This document shows positions 19,375-27,100 of a DNA stretch of 64,000 nt, in pieces. Position 1 is the stretch's first letter. Each line of letters opens with the position of its first letter. The translations under genes were made by a program, and so were the position numbers. Source of the stretch: an uncultured bacterium (GTDB taxonomy: Bacteria; Verrucomicrobiota; Lentisphaeria; Victivallales; UBA1829); the NCBI GenBank assembly GCA_900548385.1, contig URKJ01000002.1:36212-100211 (forward strand), in the 5' to 3' direction. The notes below the pieces were generated by a model. That model saw only the letters and a list, made by a program, of their open reading frames with translations. It ran no database searches and had not been told where the DNA came from.

Positions 19375-20264
19375 CCTAATGTATGGTCTTCAATGAGTTC
19401 GTGAATGAGGTTTGAAACCCCGGCGTCGGTGGCTTCGACGGCTTTGTAGTCGCCCGCGGTCAGCACAACGCTCTGGATCTGTTTGACTTTGGTCGGAGAA
19501 CCGGCAAAACCGATACGCTGTGTGTCGGCTTCCACATCGGCGGCGGTCCATTCCTGAATCAGCAGGCCCTTTGCCGACAACGTTTCAAGATCGGCGGCAA
19601 CCGCTTCCGAACCGACGTAATTGCTGGTCTTGGAGGAAGCGAGTTCCGATTTGGTTTTCGCTTTTTTGTATTTCATGATGCGCATTGCGTTTTTCGGACG
19701 CGGCTCGTTGGCGTCGATCACGGTAAAGAGCGCGGGTGTGGGGGATTCGAGAATCTCATAACCGCCTTCGATCGCGCGGCGTGCCTTGACGGATTTTTCC
19801 GTGAGTTCGAGAACTTCTTCCACATAGGAAATCTGGGGAAGACGGAGCTTTTCAGCGATCTGCGGTCCGACCTGGGCGGTATCGCCGTCGATGGCCTGAC
19901 GTCCGCAGAGGATCAGATCGAATTTGCCGATCTTTGCGGCGCACTTGCTGAGAGCGTAGCTGGTTGCGAGCGTATCGGCGCCGGCAAACGCGCGGTCGGT
20001 CAGCAGCACGGCGTCATCGGCGCCTCTGCAGAGAGCATCGCGCAGAACTTCCGCGGCGGCGGGAGGTCCCATGGTTGCAACAGTAACTTTTGCCTGATAA
20101 CGGTCTTTCAGCTGAAGTGCCAGCTCCAAAGCATTCAGGTCTTCCGGATTGAAGATCGCGGGAAGCGCCTGCCGGTTGACAGTGCCGTCCGCCTTCATCG
20201 CGTCGCCGGTGATGTTTTGGGTGTCCGGAACCTGCTTCACAAACACAATGATTGTGTAGCTCAC
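19371..20264 (-). CDS. etfB: Electron transfer flavoprotein subunit beta
   Basis: MSYTIIVFVKQVPDT... N-terminus. 4-nt overlap with etfA. Confidence 0.9.
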   Translation of the reverse strand: MSYTIIVFVKQVPDTQNITGDAMKADGTVNRQALPAIFNPEDLNALELALQLKDRYQAKVTVATMGPPAAAEVLRDALCRGADDAVLLTDRAFAGADTLATSYALSKCAAKIGKFDLILCGRQAIDGDTAQVGPQIAEKLRLPQISYVEEVLELTEKSVKARRAIEGGYEILESPTPALFTVIDANEPRPKNAMRIMKYKKAKTKSELASSKTSNYVGSEAVAADLETLSAKGLLIQEWTAADVEADTQRIGFAGSPTKVKQIQSVVLTAGDYKAVEATDAGVSNLIHELIEDHTLG

Positions 20265-20641
20265 GGGATACTCCTTTTTGGTTAATTTTTGGTTTGAACA
20301 ATCAAACTATAATTTGTCAACTAAAATTCTAACTTGATACTATAATCCGCTTTTTGCAAAAAACAAATCCGCCGTAAAAATATTTTCATGGAATCCGGTC
20401 GAATCCTGTTCAAACGGCGGGAGACACTGGCCGCAACGAAACAATACGGAATGAACGGAATTTGTAAAGTCAACCCGCAGAATTACATTTTTGTAAATCC
20501 GCCCTCCGGCAAACCGCCGTTTTTCAAGTGTAAAACAGAAACGCCCCCGGTTGGCACATGAAATGCTTATCAGAAAAATAACGCTGCGTTGAATATTTAT
20601 TTTCAGAAACACGAACAAAACAACTACGGAAAGACACAAAA

Positions 20642-22177
20642 ATGACAAACAATCGTTTCACTGTTTCGATCGGAGTTTTTCTTGTCGCCTGTACAACTTC
20701 TCTTTTCGGCGGGGAGGAGCCGGGAAAAGAAAAAGTAAAACGCATTGAATGGTTGCAGGACAATGCGCAGAAATACATGTCGACAAAAATCTATGAACTC
20801 AAGCATGTCAGGGCGGCGGACCTCACGCCGTTTGTCGAGGGAGCCGTCAAGCGTTACCGGACCGACTCCCGGATTCAACGGCTGAGTTACGCGGACGGCG
20901 GAAAGGAGTATCTGGTCGTTTCAACGGGAACCGCAATGCTGCCGTATGTCGACGAGATCATCCGGGCACTTGACCGCCCCTCCCCCAAAACCGACGCCAT
21001 GGGCTCCAACATTGAGGGAACCGGAATCAGCAACTTCGTCTACTACACCAAATACCGCACAAGTCAGGAAATGAAGAACATCGTCAACAGGAACATTCTC
21101 GACGACAACGGCCGCGCCTATGCCGACGTCGCCTGTGCCATGATCTATTGGAAAAGCTCCGTTTCCAAAGGGAAACAGATAGAAAAATGGCTGGCGGCAC
21201 TCGACCGTCCCGTTCCTCAGGTCGCCCTGACCCTGAAAGTCTATGAGGTGCGGAAAAGCGTGCTGCGCGACCTCGGTATTGATTATGTCGCATGGAAGAA
21301 CGGTCCCGGACTTGATCTGTTCGGAGCCGGAGCCGACATGTTCAATTCATGGGGAATCGAAAAGCTCGTGGAAGTGCTCGGCACAAAGGGATTCGACTAC
21401 CTGACCAGTTCGCAGTTCGCGTTCGGCGGCATCTTCTTTGCGCCGCAGTTCGATGCGAGTTTCGTCAAAATTCTGGAACAGGAAGGAATCGCCACGGTCG
21501 CCACCTCCGCCTCCGTCACGCTGGTGAACGGCGCGGACGCCACGATCACGTTCTCTCCCGATTTTCAGAATATCGTCAAGAGCGACAACGATAAAACAAC
21601 CGTGGCGGAAGGCGGCACAACCACCTATACGCTGAACGTGGGCAGCTCCATCATCAATTTCAAGGGAGACAAGTACACGAAAGAGCAGAGCAAGGACGGC
21701 TATCTCTATTATGAAGAAGTCCCCGGAAACGTTTCCGGAACGATCATGTTCGGATACGATTTCACGGTGTCCTCCCCGGTGGAAAGCAACAATTTCGGAG
21801 TCCAGCTGGTGAACTCGACCGGAATGGCGTCCAGTCTCTGCCTTGACGTCGGAAAAGAGCAGCTGATCGGAACATGGGAACAGACTTATGACGTCAAGCA
21901 GAACATCGGCATTCCGTTCCTTTCCGACATTCCGATCCTGAAATATCTCTTCGGAACGGAAAAAATTTCAAAATCGACCTCGAAAGTTTTCGTGACGCTT
22001 CAGGCGGAGTGGATCACGCCCGACACCAAGCTCGCCTCATGGGCGGGAAAACTGCTGGCGGAGGATGAGATCATTCAGGCAGCCGCCCCCTCCCCCGTCG
22101 CCGCGGAGAAAGCCGCGGAGGACGCGAAGGAAGCCAAAGCGCTTGACAAGGCTTTCGACAAAGAACTCGGCAAGTAA
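20642..22177 (+). CDS. Secretin-family outer-membrane protein, probable lipoprotein (liposecretin-like)
   Basis: 511 aa. Signal peptide ending in the lipobox LVAC. One secretin N-domain-like unit (KIYELKHVRAADLTPFVEGAV...YLVVSTGTAMLPYVDEIIRALDRP). Secretin-domain entry QVALTLKVYEVRKSVLRDLGIDY. C-terminal hallmark IPFLSDIPILKYLFG. Confidence 0.7.
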   Translation: MTNNRFTVSIGVFLVACTTSLFGGEEPGKEKVKRIEWLQDNAQKYMSTKIYELKHVRAADLTPFVEGAVKRYRTDSRIQRLSYADGGKEYLVVSTGTAMLPYVDEIIRALDRPSPKTDAMGSNIEGTGISNFVYYTKYRTSQEMKNIVNRNILDDNGRAYADVACAMIYWKSSVSKGKQIEKWLAALDRPVPQVALTLKVYEVRKSVLRDLGIDYVAWKNGPGLDLFGAGADMFNSWGIEKLVEVLGTKGFDYLTSSQFAFGGIFFAPQFDASFVKILEQEGIATVATSASVTLVNGADATITFSPDFQNIVKSDNDKTTVAEGGTTTYTLNVGSSIINFKGDKYTKEQSKDGYLYYEEVPGNVSGTIMFGYDFTVSSPVESNNFGVQLVNSTGMASSLCLDVGKEQLIGTWEQTYDVKQNIGIPFLSDIPILKYLFGTEKISKSTSKVFVTLQAEWITPDTKLASWAGKLLAEDEIIQAAAPSPVAAEKAAEDAKEAKALDKAFDKELGK

Positions 22178-22201
22178 AACATCAACATCGGGAGTTTCAC
22201 A

Positions 22202-24052
22202 ATGACAGACATGAACAAATTGATGGCAGCGGCGGCACTCGGAATCTTTTCCTTTGCCGGAGCCCACGCACAGTACGCACCGTATCCGGAGAGGGGACAG
22301 CAGCCGGAAAGCCAGGCCGCAACCGGACCGTATGACAAGACCGCTGTTCACGCACAACTCAGGCTGAACATCGACAAGGATGTGGGAAAGGTCCATTTCA
22401 TCCGCAACAACAACGATCCGAACGTGGTGACGAAAGCCTATGTGCTCAAACACGCAGATCCGTATGAGATCCGCCCGTTTATCAGAAACGCGGTCTCCTC
22501 GCGCCGGGTCAAAACTTCTCCGACCACGGTGGAGTGCATCAAATACTCCGACGGCACGGGCGTTCTGCTGGTTTCCGCGGAAGATTACCGGTTTACGGAT
22601 GAATCCAAACCCGGAATGAGCATCGACGCCATCGTCGCAATGCTGGACAAGCCGCGCCTGACTTCCTCCTCCGGCTCGCTCACCTATCTGTATTTCCCGA
22701 AATACTTTTCCGCGGAGGCTCTCTGTTCCCTGCTGGCACAGGTCGGCGCGAACGTGGAGGGCGACAATGTCGAACTCCAGTACGGACGTGACAGTCTCGG
22801 CTTTGACGAGGGGCTCAACGCCATGCTGATGTACGTTCCCCGTTACAGCGCAAAACATCTGGAACGCCTGATCAAAATCTACGACATTCCACCCTACGAT
22901 GTCGATGTCAAGTACAAACTGTATGAGATCGACGCGGAGAACGACACGAAAATCGGACTCGATTTTCAGGCATGGAAAAACAACGGCGGAGCGGATATTT
23001 TCAGCGTCGGCGCACGTTTCCGCGACGGCTGGAGCGCCAACTGGGCGGACGGTCCGAACCGGACCGGAACCAGCAACACCCGTTTCCTGAACTTCAACCC
23101 GAAATGGAACACCCGCTATCTGGATTTTCTCGTTTCAAAGGGAAAGGCGAAAGTCGCGACAAAGGGAGTCATCCGGATCGACACGACCGCAACCGCGACC
23201 GTGACCGCCACGACGCAGCTGTTCAACATTGAAAACGGCGAACAGCTCGAAGCAGGTTCCGGCGTGGAAGGATACATCTTCGTCCCGGATGCCGGTTATG
23301 CCGTAACCGCCGTCAATTCCAAAGGCGTGACGGTCATCGACACGGCAAACGGAGTAGTCCCCTCCGGCGCCTCGTATCCGTGGATGATTACAAAGCTGAA
23401 AAACGGCAATTCCGAATTCTACACGATCAAATCCAAAGGCGGCACGTTCGACAACGGAAGAAGCGCCATCAAAATCGCCTACGTCTCCGTGACCGCGACG
23501 GAAACGGATGCCTCCGGAAACAGTGTAACGGTTGATGTTCCGTGGAACACCGGCGCGCAGTATCTCGCGCAGAAAGGCTTCAAGGTGGAAACGACCGCTT
23601 CCTCCTACGGCTTCACGCTCGCCCTGACGCCGGTCGTCGCGGAAAAAACAACCACGATGGACATCGACATCAGAAATGAAAGCCTGATCGGATGGAATTC
23701 CGACGGAACACCGCGCATCAGCAAGGACACCGGCCTGCGGACCAGAGTCATGATGAACAACGCCGGACAGACCTTCGTGGTCGGCGGGCTTTCCAAACGC
23801 TCTCTCGTCACGAGCGACGGCGGTGTGCCATGGTTGAAAAAACTTCCGCTTCTGGGCTATCTTTTCTCAACGGAATCGCAGGCGACGAAGCGTTCGCAGC
23901 TGGTTCTCGTTCTGGAATGCACCGTTGTCGATACTGTCGGTGCAAAACTGGACGGCAAAGCCGGGGAGGCAATCCGCGAAGCGAACGGCAGACTGACTGA
24001 AGCCGGAGTCAAAATTCCGTATGCAAACACGCAATGGGGATTCCGGAGATAA
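22202..24052 (+). CDS. Secretin-family outer-membrane protein (second, divergent paralogue)
   Basis: 616 aa. Sec signal peptide (FAGAHA/Q). N-domain KAYVLKHADPYEIRPFIRNAV...VLLVSAEDY...IDAIVAMLDKP. Secretin entry DVDVKYKLYEIDAENDTKIGLDF. C-terminal VPWLKKLPLLGYLFS. 24 nt after the first secretin gene. Confidence 0.7.
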   Translation: MTDMNKLMAAAALGIFSFAGAHAQYAPYPERGQQPESQAATGPYDKTAVHAQLRLNIDKDVGKVHFIRNNNDPNVVTKAYVLKHADPYEIRPFIRNAVSSRRVKTSPTTVECIKYSDGTGVLLVSAEDYRFTDESKPGMSIDAIVAMLDKPRLTSSSGSLTYLYFPKYFSAEALCSLLAQVGANVEGDNVELQYGRDSLGFDEGLNAMLMYVPRYSAKHLERLIKIYDIPPYDVDVKYKLYEIDAENDTKIGLDFQAWKNNGGADIFSVGARFRDGWSANWADGPNRTGTSNTRFLNFNPKWNTRYLDFLVSKGKAKVATKGVIRIDTTATATVTATTQLFNIENGEQLEAGSGVEGYIFVPDAGYAVTAVNSKGVTVIDTANGVVPSGASYPWMITKLKNGNSEFYTIKSKGGTFDNGRSAIKIAYVSVTATETDASGNSVTVDVPWNTGAQYLAQKGFKVETTASSYGFTLALTPVVAEKTTTMDIDIRNESLIGWNSDGTPRISKDTGLRTRVMMNNAGQTFVVGGLSKRSLVTSDGGVPWLKKLPLLGYLFSTESQATKRSQLVLVLECTVVDTVGAKLDGKAGEAIREANGRLTEAGVKIPYANTQWGFRR

Positions 24053-24066
24053 TTCCCGTTCTTTTC

Positions 24067-24101
24067 AAAAAGGGTCTCCCGGTCCGGCGGGAGGTCCTTT
24101 T
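24067..24101. terminator. Bidirectional intrinsic terminator
   Basis: AAAAGGGTCTCCCG-gtccgg-CGGGAGGTCCTTTT forms a ~14-bp stem (two G-U pairs) flanked by A and T runs. Sits between convergent genes. Confidence 0.65.
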
Positions 24102-24137
24102 AATGCAGAGCCCGGAACGGACGGAACCGGCACGGCA

Positions 24138-27100
24138 TTACCAGTTGTGGTACGCATCCACATCATAGAAATTCAGCTTATCGACATACGGCGACCAGGA
24201 ATCCCGCACCTGCGGATCCTCCACAACGATTTTCAGCGGACCGGTCACGCCGCCGGCCCCCCAGCGGTCGTAAACACGGATCGTCAGCGTATTCTCCCCG
24301 CCGAACCGGATCAGTTCCGGCGGAATCCGGTAATTCCGCTTTACGGCATGGGCATTCGGAACCTTGTCGAGCGTCGTCTCGCCGATTTTGACGCCGTTGA
24401 AATAAGTCCAGTCCGCATCGTCGACCGGACCACCGGCAAGGCGGAGCGTGAACCGTTTCCACGCTTCGGGAATCGTGACTTTCACCCGGATCCACGCATA
24501 ACCGTCGTACATTTTTTTCATATTCGCCGGAGTCTCCGAGGGATAACGGTAATACGGGTTATTCTGAGTGAATCCCTGCTTCTCCCAACAGACGCCGAGT
24601 TTATACGGCTTGAATCCGACGGTGTCGGAAACTTTGCCGCTGTTCCTCCCGTCCAGTTTCAGCATACCGTCTTTCAGCACGGTTTCCGCAAAAAGCGGAG
24701 TGACCGTGTTGTGTCTCATCCGCGGCGATGAAAAAAGTTTGAGATCCCTGCCAAGCGCAATATTCATATTATTGAAAATCGCGTTCCAGACCCGGCTGAC
24801 TTTCTCGCGCATCCAGAACGACTCTTCCATCTGCGCCGGTGAGAGATTCATCACGATCACCGCGCCGGTCCGGAAATCATAGCGTCCGAACAGAGCCGGC
24901 AACGTCGTCACGGTCCATTCCGGCGGAGCGTCCAGAACGTCCATTTCCCGCGCTTCCCGGAAATAGAGGTCGGCATCCGGAATCCCCGCAAACAGCGGAT
25001 CGTGTTTCGGAACGAGCGCACGGAATACCGGTCTCTTCGCCGTTTTCAGTTTCACGGGAAGCAAATCCAGCGGAGCACCCGGCAAAGCGACGTATGCGCG
25101 TTCGCGGTGAGCGGCGAAATCTTTGCGGAACGCCGCTTTCCGATTCTCCGGAACGGGATTCCTGCCGAGAATCACCACCTGGCGGTTCCCGATCTCCGCC
25201 GGATCCTCTCCGCTGAGCTTCTCATACACCATCCCCATGCGCCGGAGCTGTTTTTCATGCTCCGCATCGCCCAGATAAACAACGCTCTGCGCCAGAAGCG
25301 GCAGATTCGGACGGCTCATCTCCACAAGCATGTTATCCACCAGACGGGTCGCAACGGGATCAAGGCCGTAACGGGACGTCACGTCGAGCTGACAAAACAG
25401 AATCTGTCCGTGTTCTTTCCGCAGCTCCATCAGCGCGGCGAACATCAGGTTGAATCCGCAGTCGACAATCGTCGTGAAATTGCCGTAACTGGGTTTGCGG
25501 ATCACGTTTCCGGCAACAATGCCGCCGTTGCCGCATTTCCATTTGGAACGCGGATAATGCGGTGTTTCCTCCGCGGAAAGAACAAACGCCGGAACGGAAT
25601 CCGCAGAGCCGCGCCAGTCGCTGAAATCCCCGTCTTTCAGCCCGCGCACATAAAGACTGTCCGGACGGCGGATAAACGCGTTGCGGTAACTCGGCGACTC
25701 AAACACCAGATTGCCGAGATTGCACTGCTTCTGCTCGAAAATCAGGATTTTGAGTCCATGTTCCACCCGTTCTTCCCGTTCCAGCTGCTGCAGGAATTCC
25801 GGCACATGCTCTCCCAGCGCCTCCTGACCGATAATCAGCAGACGGCACTGTCCGGCGTCGTCCGGCGTTGCGACTTTGCGGAACGGGAAACCCGCTTTTC
25901 TCAGCATGGCTTCCGTCTTGCCGACTGGATCGTACAGTCCGGCGGAAACATTATGGAACTCCGGCGGAACGTGTTTCGGAAACACCTGAAGCGCCAATTC
26001 ATCCGTACCGTATGCGGTGCCGTTCCGGTAAATCTCCAACAGCAGTTTGCCTTCGGAACGCTTTGCGACCTCCGGCGCGGAAAGCCGGATCGGATGCTTC
26101 AGGATCCCGCCCGGACTGACCGTCGCGCTCTCTTCCCCCTGCGAAACAGTCTTTCCCTCCAGGCGGAACTCCCAGCGGAAACGGAGTTTCTGGGGAGTCG
26201 TTCTGTCGTTGACCGCGACAATGCTTTTTTCAAATTTCTCGCCGGAGAAAAACGCGTGATCCTTGCTGGTAAAGTCATCCGTTCTGCCGCCGAGAAACAC
26301 CAGAAGCGGACGGAACGCTTCGCGCATCACATGATAAAGTCCCTCCGGGCGGGAGAAATCGGTCATCTGATCCGTATACCCCGGACGGTCCGGCTTCGCT
26401 CCGGCGGTCTTGACCCGGTTATCCACTTTCGCCACCGCGCGGTGATTATACATGGAGCCATACGACCGGAACGCCTGATAAAGATCGTAACCATGCTGGA
26501 AATCTCCGAGCGCGGACATATCGTAGGCGCGCCATGCCCGGACCACATTCCGGTACATCAGTTCACAGACCGCGTTATAATTTGCGTTGCGTGCCGCATA
26601 GGCGGAAAAAATCCCGTCCGACAGATACGGAACCGGACGGTTTTCCCGTGCGAACACGGAATCGCCGAAAAACCGCGCGGCATGTTCCGCCGCCATGATC
26701 CTCCCGACCGGACCGTCAAAATATTCAAACTGACGCTGAAATGTAAAGTTCGACTCCACGACCATCAGCGGCTGTTTACGCTCCGACTCCGACCACTGCT
26801 TCGGCCAGTCCTCCTGTTCCTGAAGCGGTGTTCCCATCGACTGATAGTTCATGGAAGTGAAAATCTTTCCGGAATTGCCGCCCGCATGCTGAAACAGTTC
26901 CCTGCTCGGATCAAGCGACCGCATCAGCGTCTCCGCTACACGGGCGAAAGCACGAGCCCGGACCCGTTTCTGCGGAACATACGCGGTGTCGGTCAGTTTC
27001 GCCGGGTCCTGACACCACGGGTAATGGCAGGTGTTCATATCGGTGTACCACATCAGAATCGACGGGTAATTGCCGTAATGCTCCAGAAAACGCTCCACCC

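Noticed and set aside
20265-20641. The 377-bp gap upstream of the first secretin gene was scanned for the conserved promoter-leader element or an RNA motif.
   Set aside because: It contains TATAAT-like hexamers (e.g. actataat twice), but none has a properly spaced -35. There is no similarity to the C/D/E leader, and the small ORFs there have no support.
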